Assembly (NCBI GenBank): GCA_963676915.2
Contig: CAXXVK010000035.1
Coordinates: 32,001 to 96,000 of the forward strand
DNA: 64,000 nt
Source: Myxococcota bacterium
GTDB taxonomy: Bacteria > Myxococcota_A > SURF-8 > G963663525
Direction of reading: 5' to 3'
Part shown: one piece after another, positions 1 through 9,098 of the stretch
How positions within the stretch are numbered: position 1 is the first letter of the stretch
How the letters are laid out: the number at the start of each line of letters is the position of its first letter
Notes under the pieces: model-generated
The model's input: only the letters and a program-made list of their open reading frames with translations
The model's database searches: none
Told to the model about the DNA's origin: nothing
Translations under genes and position numbers: made by a program

Positions 1-408
1 TTTGCTTTCGGCGTCGTTCGTCTCACGGTGGGCAATCCATGAACCCATCGTGTAACAATACGTATTACCATGTATCGCACAATCCACCAAATCACTGTAA
101 AACTTCCGTAAAAACAAGATCTTAAAGCAAATAGTATGATTTGATCCCACGGATTGAAGTCCCGATTCTCGGCGTGGTTAGTGCAAATCTCCCAACTGGT
201 TCCATAAGTCATGTGAACGGAACTCTAGGGGAAACAAAACAACCAACCATATCAAACGTCTCCAACCCACCGTAGCAATGGTGTGTAAGCCCATTGAAAA
301 ATAACTTTAATACAAGATATTTAGTGGACGAAACGATTCCAATTGTGTTATATTTGGCCATTATCGGCAACGCGCTCGTGCGGGCGGTCGTGACGGAGGT
401 CTTCGATC

Positions 409-1182
409 ATGTATATGTATGTGGCAGGATTGTGCTTGTTTGCGTTTGGAATGGCAACTCTGGCCATGGTTTCCAAAAAAATGAAGCCGACCCTTCAGCC
501 GGTGGGAGAGTACGACTCGAACCCCGAGACCATACAGAACCGCAGGATACAGCTTGTCGCCAAGCACCTGAAATCCTTGGATTATCAAATGATCCAGACC
601 GAAGATCCCTCGAAAAGCGTCATGACACGCAAAGCTTTCGAACATCTGGAAAAGCATTTTCGCCGAGCCAAGGAATACGATATTGCGCTTGTCTCGTACC
701 AGGATGCCCTGTATATCCTCAAAGACCTGCGAGAACGAAAAATCGCCGACGATTCGGACATCGAGCATTTCGTCCGCAACAAGAGCGAATACCTGGGCGA
801 AGCGATCGAACGTCAACTTAACGACTTGCGCCAGACGCCCCCGATCGAACGAAGCCGTTCGGCGTTTTCCAGTGAAACCGCCTACTTGATGAGCAACGCG
901 CTGGAATACCTCATGCAGTGCGAATGCGAGTCCGGCCGCTGCCGCGAAAAACTGAAACGGCTTTGGCCCGAAGTCAAAGGTCTGGCCAGTTCGACGAAGT
1001 TCAATTTCCGCCTTGCGCAGGCCATTGAGACGGATCTCCGCCAGGAAAAGGAAACACATCTGTCCTATCACTCGCTGCTGTGCCAGTTAACGCAGGAAAA
1101 AGAACTGGATGTAGCGCTGCTCGTGGAGCAAACGTTGAAAAAGCGCCTTCACGAACTGACCGACGAAGACGACATCTGCTGA
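409..1182 (+). CDS. Hypothetical membrane-anchored helical protein
   Basis: 257-aa ORF with GGAGG upstream, an N-terminal hydrophobic segment (YVAGLCLFAFGMATLAMV), then a charged helical region; no family recognised. Confidence 0.7.
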   Translation: MYMYVAGLCLFAFGMATLAMVSKKMKPTLQPVGEYDSNPETIQNRRIQLVAKHLKSLDYQMIQTEDPSKSVMTRKAFEHLEKHFRRAKEYDIALVSYQDALYILKDLRERKIADDSDIEHFVRNKSEYLGEAIERQLNDLRQTPPIERSRSAFSSETAYLMSNALEYLMQCECESGRCREKLKRLWPEVKGLASSTKFNFRLAQAIETDLRQEKETHLSYHSLLCQLTQEKELDVALLVEQTLKKRLHELTDEDDIC

Positions 1183-1505
1183 AAAACATATCTGCCGATC
1201 CATAGCAACATCCTTTTCTGTTGATTCAGGACAGGAATCATGAACCTGTGATTTCCCGCATCAAACGGCGGATTTACGCCTCAATGTTTCCACTTTTTCC
1301 CTCCTGTTCATCAAAACTTGCACCGTAAAGCGAAACATCCTACGGTAAACGGGACTGTGGTGTGGATCTTGCGTCTTTCTTCCGATGAGGGGATCATCCC
1401 CTTGGATTCTTCGAAGACGACCTTAGTTTATAACGGTTGCAAGCCGATGAACGGCGGCTATCGACCCCTTGCAGAATCGTTCCCGTTCGGAAATGACCTG
1501 ATGTC

Positions 1506-2084
1506 ATGCTGGTGCCTTTCGAATTGTCCATCATCGCCAATCGTCACGGACGTCTGACGCCCTCACTCGCTTTGGGATGGAAAATCGGCCATTACCTGCG
1601 GGAATATTTCAACGGCCTGGATCAAGTTCGTCTGGCCGTTTCCCGAGATGACGACTCCCACGCCGCCTTGCAGCACATGCGTACCGAAAGCCGTTTCCCA
1701 CTCGATCTGATACCGGCGAATCGGGAAAATCCCTGGGACGTGCTGGCCTTTCATCCTGCCACGGGAACGGTACTCGAAATCACGTTCATCGTTCCTGAGG
1801 ACGACGTTCAGCCCTCGGACCCAAAAGCATCTTACGATACGTTGGCTTTAGCCATGTTTAAACGAACGCTGGATCAGTTCGTGGCCAGCCTGATTTCCAC
1901 CCCGCTCGATCATTACTGCAATATTATCGAAACCCGCGTTTCGCGCAGTCGTGCCGGGAAAGGCACCGTTTCCTGTCGACGTTGCGGACAAACCATTGAT
2001 AAAGACGACATCTGGCACATCAACGGGCTACCCTGCTGCCAGGAATGTTCCGGGTTACCCGATTCCTGGGCCGGGATGAACTGA
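1506..2084 (+). CDS. FmdE-like protein with C-terminal CxxC..CxxC zinc finger (degenerate N-terminal metal site)
   Basis: HGRLTPSLALGWKIG resembles the FmdE N-terminal HGHxCPGLxxG; C-terminal CRRCG...CCQEC treble-clef pattern. Confidence 0.6.
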   Translation: MLVPFELSIIANRHGRLTPSLALGWKIGHYLREYFNGLDQVRLAVSRDDDSHAALQHMRTESRFPLDLIPANRENPWDVLAFHPATGTVLEITFIVPEDDVQPSDPKASYDTLALAMFKRTLDQFVASLISTPLDHYCNIIETRVSRSRAGKGTVSCRRCGQTIDKDDIWHINGLPCCQECSGLPDSWAGMN

Positions 2085-2171
2085 TTTCGAACTTCCTGCA
2101 TTTTGACGCACTGCAAAAAAACTGTTTTCTCCCCTGGACGACGTTCGCACGATGCTGTACAGTAATGAAGT

Positions 2172-2286
2172 ATGGCGAATGGATTTCGTACCGTAACGTG
2201 TCGAAATCCAAGTATTCCATGTGAATTATCCACGGGGGGCGTGACCGACGGTGGCAAAGACACCGTGACGGTGCCGTGTTTTTTGC
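2172..2286 (+). promoter_or_regulatory. Structured 5' leader of glnA (hairpin plus alternative hairpins with U-tract)
   Basis: TGGATTTCG/CGAAATCCA inverted repeat (2180-2210); CACCGT (2261-66) can pair with ACGGTG at 2248 or 2268; T6 at 2279-84. Confidence 0.4.
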
Positions 2287-2366
2287 GATCTTGCGGTTGA
2301 AGGACCGAAAGAATCGTTGCGGTATTGTTTTTTTCGCGGTCATGAACTCTCGAAGGGAGACCTATC

Positions 2367-3689
2367 ATGCTACGAGACGAGATCCTCAAAAGTCTGAAAA
2401 AAGAGAACGTTCGGTACCTGCGCCTGTGGTTCACCGACATCATGGGGACGAACAAAAACGTGGAAGTTCCCGCCTCCCAATTTGAAAAAGCCCTGGATGG
2501 CCAGATCATGTTCGACGGCAGTTCCATCGAGGGCTTCAGTCGGATCGAAGAATCGGACATGCTGCTCGTCCCCGACTACGACACCTTCGTGGTGTTTCCG
2601 TTCGAGGAGGATTTCGGCAAGACAGCGCGGGTGATCTGCGACGTGAAAAACCCCGATGGCGGGGATTTCGCCGGATGTCCACGAACGATATTGAAGAAAC
2701 AGTGCGAACGAGCCGCCAAAGACGGATACACGATGATGGCCGGGCCGGAAGCCGAGTTTTTCCTGTTCGAAAAGAATTCCGGACAGATTTCGCTGACGTC
2801 CACTCACGACTCGGGCGGCTACTTCGACCTGACGCCCATCGACAAAGGCGAAATCGCCCGTCGCGCCATGGTAGAGGTGCTGGAAAACATCGGCTTCCAG
2901 GTCGAGGCGGCTCACCACGAAGTGGCACCGGGTCAACACGAAATCGACTTCAAATATGCCGATGCCCTGAAAACTGCCGACAACATTGCAACGTTCCGTT
3001 TCGTCGTGCGCAAAGTCGCACTCGATTTCAACCTGCACGCCACGTTCATGCCCAAACCGATTTTCGGAATCAACGGTTCGGGAATGCACATGAACCAGTC
3101 TCTGTTCAAAGGCAAGAAAAACGCCTTTTACGATGAGAATGCCAAGTGGCAACTGAGCCGCGAAGCATTGAACTACATTGCGGGATTGATCGAGCATATT
3201 CAAGGATTTACGGCAATTACCAACCCGTTGATCAACTCCTACAAACGCCTTGTACCGGGTTATGAAGCGCCGACGCACATCGCCTGGTCCGAGCGCAATC
3301 GGTCGCCTCTGATTCGCGTGCCCGCTCGTCGTGGAAATTCCACCCGTGCCGAGCTTCGTTCGCCCGATCCGTCAGCCAATCCCTACCTCAGCCTGTCGGT
3401 GATGCTCGCCAGCGGCCTCGAAGGCATCGCAAAGGATCTGACGCCACCGGAGCCGATTTCGGAGAATATCTACCACATGAGTCGCGGCGAGCGCGAGGAG
3501 CGAGGAATTCTCTCTTTGCCGGGCGATATGTTGGGAGCCATCGAAATGATGGAGAAAGACGCGTTCATCGGCGAAGTATTGGGACCGCACATCACCCGCC
3601 AGTTCTTGAAAGCCAAACGGGCCGAGTGGAAAAAGTATATCGCCAACGTTCACCAGTGGGAAATCGATCACTACCTGAAAACCTACTGA
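2367..3689 (+). CDS. glnA: Glutamine synthetase type I (short, GSI-alpha-like)
   Basis: FDGSSIEGF, HHEVAPGQHEI, ATFMPKP..NGSGMH, SYKRLVPGYEAP, ELRSPDPSANPYL motifs; 440 aa. Confidence 0.97.
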   Translation: MLRDEILKSLKKENVRYLRLWFTDIMGTNKNVEVPASQFEKALDGQIMFDGSSIEGFSRIEESDMLLVPDYDTFVVFPFEEDFGKTARVICDVKNPDGGDFAGCPRTILKKQCERAAKDGYTMMAGPEAEFFLFEKNSGQISLTSTHDSGGYFDLTPIDKGEIARRAMVEVLENIGFQVEAAHHEVAPGQHEIDFKYADALKTADNIATFRFVVRKVALDFNLHATFMPKPIFGINGSGMHMNQSLFKGKKNAFYDENAKWQLSREALNYIAGLIEHIQGFTAITNPLINSYKRLVPGYEAPTHIAWSERNRSPLIRVPARRGNSTRAELRSPDPSANPYLSLSVMLASGLEGIAKDLTPPEPISENIYHMSRGEREERGILSLPGDMLGAIEMMEKDAFIGEVLGPHITRQFLKAKRAEWKKYIANVHQWEIDHYLKTY

Positions 3690-3721
3690 TTTCTATACCT
3701 TACCACTGCGGAGAATTCGCC

Positions 3722-3902
3722 TAGCCCGCATTATTCATGAGGATCGTTGCGAGACGCCGAAAACCGAAGATATTTCACGAAGTTGGAGCGATTTTTTAAC
3801 GGAAGCATACTTGGCAGTATGTTGAGTATAAAAATTCGGGAAACGAGTGAAAGATCAAGAGTTTTCAAGTCGTAGTAGATTCTTCATGAATTATGCGGGC
3901 TT
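3722..3902 (+). mobile_element. ~180-bp MITE-like palindromic element, copy 1
   Basis: TIRs TAGCCCGCATTATTCATGA / TCATGAATTATGCGGGCTT; highly similar copies at 32807 and 53799; no ORF. Confidence 0.85.
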
Positions 3903-3916
3903 GCCAGAACTCCGCA

Positions 3917-3944
3917 GTAGGTCGGGTAAATTCTTTGCCCGACA
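3917..3944 (+). repeat. GTAG-type REP
   Basis: GTAG followed by hairpin GTCGGG-taaattctttg-CCCGAC; same family at 12686, 17031, 32667/32712, 53729/53766 and 56909. Confidence 0.8.
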
Positions 3945-3951
3945 TTCGTAG

Positions 3952-4812
3952 TTATCGGTTGCGTTTGCGGGGGGATTGTGCTTCTTGCATCCAGTCGATC
4001 TGTTTCGGTGCTTCCGAAAGCGGCTCGTTGTCTCCATCAACGGCAAACAAGGGCATCGGACCCCGTGGTGGTGCGCAGTGGATACGGCACTCCAAACCGG
4101 AACTTTCGATGGTCCGGGTCATGGTTTCGAGCGCAAGATCCGGGTGGTTGTTTTCTTTGGATAAATGCCCCAGAATCAGTTGTCGCAAGTGGCTTCCAGC
4201 TTTGTCGGCAACAAGCTTCGAAGCTACCGCATTGCTTAGATGCCCTTTGTTCGAGGCAATGCGACGCTTCAGAAAATAGGGATACGGCCCTGTTTGCAGC
4301 ATTCCGGCATCGTGGTTCGATTCGAGGAGTAACACCTCCGAAGTCGCTACGGCTTTTTTCACGTCGGCCGTCGGTTTTCCCGTATCCGTTACAACGGAAA
4401 TCATCCGATTTCCCCGACGAAAACGGTAGCCGCACGGCTCTGCGCCATCGTGCGAGGTTTTTAAACTGTCGATCTCGGTTCCTTCGAAAACGAAGCTTTC
4501 ACCAGCCTGAAAGGTCCGCAGGTTTTCGGGGCGTTCTTCGGTAAAAACAGCTTGGGCGGTTCCTTCGGTCATGTACAGCAACGGCTTGAAATGTTTGCAG
4601 AAAACCGCCAGTCCTCGAATATGGTCGCTGTGCTCGTGAGTAATGAGAATCGCGCCGATTCGCTCGGGTGACACCGCTGCATCGGCAAGTAGCAATTTCG
4701 TCTGCTTGCAATTCAAGCCGATATCCACCAGCGCATAGCTTCCCTCCAGATGCACCAGGGTTTCGTTCCCGGAACTACCTGAAGCCAGCGGTTGCAAGCC
4801 GAAACGGTTCAT
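3952..4812 (-). CDS. MBL-fold metallohydrolase (YycJ/WalJ-like)
   Basis: LASGSSGN, THEHSDH, TDTG, ESNHD, GPYPYFLKRRI, GHLSN, GHLSKENN motifs. Confidence 0.9.
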   Translation of the reverse strand: MNRFGLQPLASGSSGNETLVHLEGSYALVDIGLNCKQTKLLLADAAVSPERIGAILITHEHSDHIRGLAVFCKHFKPLLYMTEGTAQAVFTEERPENLRTFQAGESFVFEGTEIDSLKTSHDGAEPCGYRFRRGNRMISVVTDTGKPTADVKKAVATSEVLLLESNHDAGMLQTGPYPYFLKRRIASNKGHLSNAVASKLVADKAGSHLRQLILGHLSKENNHPDLALETMTRTIESSGLECRIHCAPPRGPMPLFAVDGDNEPLSEAPKQIDWMQEAQSPRKRNR

Positions 4813-4856
4813 GATCGGACGTTTCCTGGATGGTGCTTTTTCAGTAGAAATATCAA

Positions 4857-5435
4857 CTATCTAGGTTCTTCCAGCAAGGAATGCAGTTGATTTTGATCGT
4901 CGGCGGTCGTTTGTCCCAAAGCAAGAAAATGTCGATGGTATTCGCCTTCTACCCGGACTAGCTCTTCGTAAATTTTCGCCAGCCGCTTTTCGTGCTCGTT
5001 GGCGTCGGCAAGATTTCGGGTGAAAGAGTACGACTGGCCGAAGGTCTGCAGGTCAGCGGTCCATTCTTCGTGCCATTCATTCCACAAATGCAGCGCCGTT
5101 TCGGGGTTGCGGCTCATACGGCGAAAGGTTCGCTTGGTCTGGGCGTGCAAATCGCGATAAAAATAGTTCAGTGACCGGCGGGCAGTCATGGCGTGACTTC
5201 CGTCAAGGATACGACTTTCCTGATCGGTGTCGGGAAGACGCTCCAGACGAGTATAACTGTGGTATTGGGAAAGGCCGACGCTGATACCGACCCCGAGAAT
5301 CAACCAAGCCGTCAACAGAGACAGGAAAACCACCCAAACAATTTTGGAAATGAAGATCACTCTCTCACGTCGTGTGGGGGTTTTAACCGCGATCTCCGCC
5401 ACGAATTCTCCTGGGTTGTCCGGCGGATGATCCAC
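4857..5435 (-). CDS. Hypothetical single-pass membrane protein
   Basis: 192-aa ORF with one hydrophobic segment then a helical region; co-oriented in the minus-strand gene run. Confidence 0.65.
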   Translation of the reverse strand: MDHPPDNPGEFVAEIAVKTPTRRERVIFISKIVWVVFLSLLTAWLILGVGISVGLSQYHSYTRLERLPDTDQESRILDGSHAMTARRSLNYFYRDLHAQTKRTFRRMSRNPETALHLWNEWHEEWTADLQTFGQSYSFTRNLADANEHEKRLAKIYEELVRVEGEYHRHFLALGQTTADDQNQLHSLLEEPR

Positions 5436-5490
5436 GAAAGCAAGTCCACCGGAGAATGCTATTCAGCACCCCCAGTGGGGGTGCGTATCA

Positions 5491-7392
5491 TCAGAACGTG
5501 GTGTAGAATTCAAAAGTATCCTCGAAGGCGTTTTTGCTGGGAGGATTGTAAATCTCGCCGCCGGATTTGCTTTTATCCACATCGAGGCCACCGACGATCA
5601 GCACCATGCCGTTCATCAACGACGTTACGGTCAGGTTTTCACGCTGCTGGAACATATCGTTGGTTCTGTACGGAGTTTCCGTGGAATCGGTATCGTCGGA
5701 ATCAACCTGAATGGCACCGAAATCCCACAGCCCACGGCAGTCGACGTTATCTTCGTCGAAGGAGTAGGAAAACTTGATGATCTGGCCCGCCTTCGGAACG
5801 GCAGTTCCGGTCGGCTCACTCAGTGGTGCAGCGGTCGCACCGGCAATCAGGATCGTGTCGTAGCTGCCCGTCATGAAATCCCAATCGGCACCGATATAGG
5901 GAAGAACCTGATTGTTCGGGTTGGTACAGGTAACTTCACCGAAGGCATTGATGAAGGCGAAATCGGTCTCGTTGCCATCCTGACCCAAGACGGTTTCGGT
6001 ACCGGACGCTTCGATTTTCACACCACCAGCGACGGCGATCCGCGCAGCTTCGACCTCTTCGCTCGACTCGTCCAGTTGTCCGGTAAGTCCTCGTTTATAA
6101 AGAGGAATCGCGAGATGCTGGGAACGTTTGACGTAGGCCGTCTCGGTGTTGCTTCGGCAGGTCGCCAAGCAGGGATTGGCCACGCATTCCGCCACATCGG
6201 TTTGATAGTTAAAGCAGGAAAAAGATCCCACTTCAGGATTGAACACTTCGACGATGGGTTCCGACACGTCCACTTCGACGTTGTTGTCCAACTTGCGAGC
6301 CGTACCACCGACCGCAATGAGGTTCCATTTTACGTCACCTGTCGTTTCATCGATCCATGGCAGAGCTGTCAACGTATGGTCATAACGGGCGCTGTTGAGT
6401 CCGCCACCCAATTCCTGAATGGGAGTAGGAGCGTCCGTAGCGGCTTCGATCACCGCAGCCTGGGCAATGGGAACGCGGCTTTCGCTTTTGCCACCGGCCA
6501 CGACCAACGCGCTGGTGTCCGGAATCGCCGCCGCAGCATGATGAACCACGCCCTGGGTCAGCGTGCCGAGTAACTCCAGATTCAGGGTCGTTTGTCCGGC
6601 AACATAGGTTCCACGATAGACCTCGTTGGACAACTCGCCGTCTTTTTCACCACCCACGATAACGAAGGTCAGAGCGAGGGTTCCGGCGGAAGTCAGCCGG
6701 TTGCTCATGCTTTCGATCACCGTGAGCGTATGGAAAGCGCGTCCACCGGACCAACCCTCGACAGTCATGCGCTCGAACTGGTTCGTGGCGGGATCGTACA
6801 AATCGGCGGTGTCCGGGTAATCGTAGGTATCGATCACCTGGTTTTTTCCACCAATAATCAAGACTTTGCCGTCAGGCAGTAAAGTAGATGTATGGCCATA
6901 ACGACCGGCGGACATCTTGGCGGGGCGCCCTTGACCTGCAGAATCATCCAGAGGAATTTCACCGAAGCTGTCGACTTTGGTCAGGAAAACGGAAACTTCC
7001 TTTCGACCGCTGCCATCGTACTTGATCGGCGAAGAAATACCGCGTGCAACCGTCTTGTCCTCGGCGTCGGTGCCTTCGACGACCAACACCCACTCTGCGG
7101 TGGAACTGGTCGGAAGCTGGTCCAAGTTGACCGATCCACCATTCCAGCGTTTTTCTTCCAGGTATTCCCGGAAGTACTGCAAAGGGGAGGTTTCTTCGAA
7201 AACGCCGAAACGCACTCCGGTCACCGTGGCGGTTACGGAATTGCTGCCTTGCTGATTCGTCGCGGCGTAGGCATGAATGTTGAGGGATTTGTCCGCCTCG
7301 CCTTCACAGCCGGTCGCAACCGCGAGTAAAACGAGCAACCAGGCGAAAACGCTGAGAGTTACATACTTTTTTATACCGTTGAATCGAACCAT
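5491..7392 (-). CDS. Kelch-repeat (beta-propeller) lipoprotein
   Basis: Signal peptide with lipobox LAVATGC; kelch motifs GRYGHTSTLLPDGKVLIIGG, ADLYDPATNQF, RYDHTLTAL, MVLIVGG..EIYNP. Confidence 0.85.
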   Translation of the reverse strand: MVRFNGIKKYVTLSVFAWLLVLLAVATGCEGEADKSLNIHAYAATNQQGSNSVTATVTGVRFGVFEETSPLQYFREYLEEKRWNGGSVNLDQLPTSSTAEWVLVVEGTDAEDKTVARGISSPIKYDGSGRKEVSVFLTKVDSFGEIPLDDSAGQGRPAKMSAGRYGHTSTLLPDGKVLIIGGKNQVIDTYDYPDTADLYDPATNQFERMTVEGWSGGRAFHTLTVIESMSNRLTSAGTLALTFVIVGGEKDGELSNEVYRGTYVAGQTTLNLELLGTLTQGVVHHAAAAIPDTSALVVAGGKSESRVPIAQAAVIEAATDAPTPIQELGGGLNSARYDHTLTALPWIDETTGDVKWNLIAVGGTARKLDNNVEVDVSEPIVEVFNPEVGSFSCFNYQTDVAECVANPCLATCRSNTETAYVKRSQHLAIPLYKRGLTGQLDESSEEVEAARIAVAGGVKIEASGTETVLGQDGNETDFAFINAFGEVTCTNPNNQVLPYIGADWDFMTGSYDTILIAGATAAPLSEPTGTAVPKAGQIIKFSYSFDEDNVDCRGLWDFGAIQVDSDDTDSTETPYRTNDMFQQRENLTVTSLMNGMVLIVGGLDVDKSKSGGEIYNPPSKNAFEDTFEFYTTF

Positions 7393-7437
7393 GTTCCACG
7401 CTCCGTGGGGATTTTGGTAAGAAATGAATGTCTTTGT

Positions 7438-8928
7438 TTACTGTTTCGCCGGCAGAGTGATGGACGAAGGCCGGTTGTTGTCTTCCGGCTGCAACGCAAC
7501 GGCTGCCCCGGCAACGCCACCGATCAACACCACACCGATCACCGTCCAGAACCACCACTCTTCATGTATGGGAGTCTGCGCGACGATGACGTTTTCCTTG
7601 CAGCGCGGATCGTTGGGATCTTCGCATTTGACACCACCGAGATCCTCGGCCTTGGCCTGGTCTCCCTGGTCGAAAGTAAGGGTTCCCGAGGAGAGATCCA
7701 CCACTTCGTAGGGCTGCGCTCCACCTACATCCTGGTAGCCGTCTTCTTCGGCATAGCTTTCCACGGGCGGCGCGCCAATGATCAACGCCCGTTCCACCGG
7801 GAATTCATCGACAACGGCTTCTTCGATGTCGCGGGCTAGCGCCGCGTTGCTTTTATCGGCATCCACGAAATTGTGGCGCAGGGTCTGTTCGTCCAAGCGG
7901 ACGAGCTGGCCATCGGATACCTGCAAGACATAAGGAGTTACACTACTTTTCTTTCTGGAACTCTCGAAAACGGCGAACCCGATGTAATCCACCGGAATCG
8001 CTTCACCGATTTCCGTAGCCGTATGGATGAAATCCTCATCGAATTCCAGGTTTTTCGCTTTGGCTTTCAGTCCGGCATAGGATTCCCAGAGATCTTTATC
8101 AGAAGCGCCCTTTTTGCCGAGAACGACGTTGAGCTTCGTGGTTTTCGTCAATTCGACCAGCTGGCCGAAGGGTTCGTAGCCTTCTTTGGTGACTTGTACC
8201 CAGTGCTGACCTTTGACCAGCTTCCGGCTATCGTCTTCGCGTCCGTTGATAAAGATCGTGGCATCCTGAGGTTCCGTCGTGACGGAAAGGCGTTTCCGAC
8301 CTTTCTTCAGGGCTTTGGAACTCGCTTTGAGGGTGTCGCGAAATGCGCTGCCACCGTACATTTTGCTCTTGGCCAAGCGATTGTAAGTCAGCAATTCCTG
8401 TACGGCGCTGTCGGCGCCTTCTTCGCTTTTCACCGCCGAGGCCGCCTTGATGATGTAGGCTTCCTCGACCGCGTCCCAGTTGCGAATCAAATCGACGCAA
8501 CGTTGGAAACCACGAACCGCTTTGTCGGCAGCATCGATGGCTTCTTCGTACTCGTCGTTGTCGTAGGCATCGCGGGCCTGGTCCAGTCGGGACATCGCTT
8601 TGTCCAACCACTGGGGCTTACCCTTGATACCTTCAGTGGGCGTTCCGCCTGCGGGCTTGAGTGCCTTTTTGACGTCGCCCTTGCCAACCCATTGAATTTG
8701 TTCCACTTTCATCAAGCGGGTGTTGACTTCATCCTCGACCATCACCCGTACTTCGTCGGGTGTTTCCCCCTTGTAGGTGTCGTAGGACATCATGTGCAGA
8801 CGCACGCCCTTTTCAGCCGCTTGGATTTCACCGATACCGTACAGCGGGGTGTACATCATCGTTACGGTAAGCACCAGCAGACCACAAACGAGCTTGGTAA
8901 ATATTGTGGCTTGGTGAATGTGTTTCAT
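7438..8928 (-). CDS. PEGA-domain protein with TPR-like helices and C-terminal membrane segment
   Basis: Start set at MKHIH (GGAGG RBS); PEGA LSVTTEPQDATIFINGR..VTKEGYEPF; tail PIHEEWWFWTVIGVVLIGG. Confidence 0.85.
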   Translation of the reverse strand: MKHIHQATIFTKLVCGLLVLTVTMMYTPLYGIGEIQAAEKGVRLHMMSYDTYKGETPDEVRVMVEDEVNTRLMKVEQIQWVGKGDVKKALKPAGGTPTEGIKGKPQWLDKAMSRLDQARDAYDNDEYEEAIDAADKAVRGFQRCVDLIRNWDAVEEAYIIKAASAVKSEEGADSAVQELLTYNRLAKSKMYGGSAFRDTLKASSKALKKGRKRLSVTTEPQDATIFINGREDDSRKLVKGQHWVQVTKEGYEPFGQLVELTKTTKLNVVLGKKGASDKDLWESYAGLKAKAKNLEFDEDFIHTATEIGEAIPVDYIGFAVFESSRKKSSVTPYVLQVSDGQLVRLDEQTLRHNFVDADKSNAALARDIEEAVVDEFPVERALIIGAPPVESYAEEDGYQDVGGAQPYEVVDLSSGTLTFDQGDQAKAEDLGGVKCEDPNDPRCKENVIVAQTPIHEEWWFWTVIGVVLIGGVAGAAVALQPEDNNRPSSITLPAKQ

Positions 8929-9098
8929 GAGTCCTCCAACAGAGAATCTTGTTGCCGACGGCAGGTGAACAAGCCAAGAACGGCCCATCGGCAGCCCAAT
9001 CGCCAAAACGTGATTAATCGCAATAAGTTCGCTTAGTTAGCCTTCTCGATCAATGCCTTTATATAGCGCTCGGACGCTAACACAATATCATTTCCTAG

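Noticed and set aside
1-48. Possible start of a minus-strand gene (MGSWIAHRETNDAESK) running off the left edge
   Set aside because: Too short to support
2140-2200. Glutamine riboswitch (glnA motif) or T-box upstream of glnA
   Set aside because: CGTTC and GAAGTA fragments are present, but there is no closing GGAACG/P1 pairing and no T-box UGGNACC bulge; kept only as an unassigned leader
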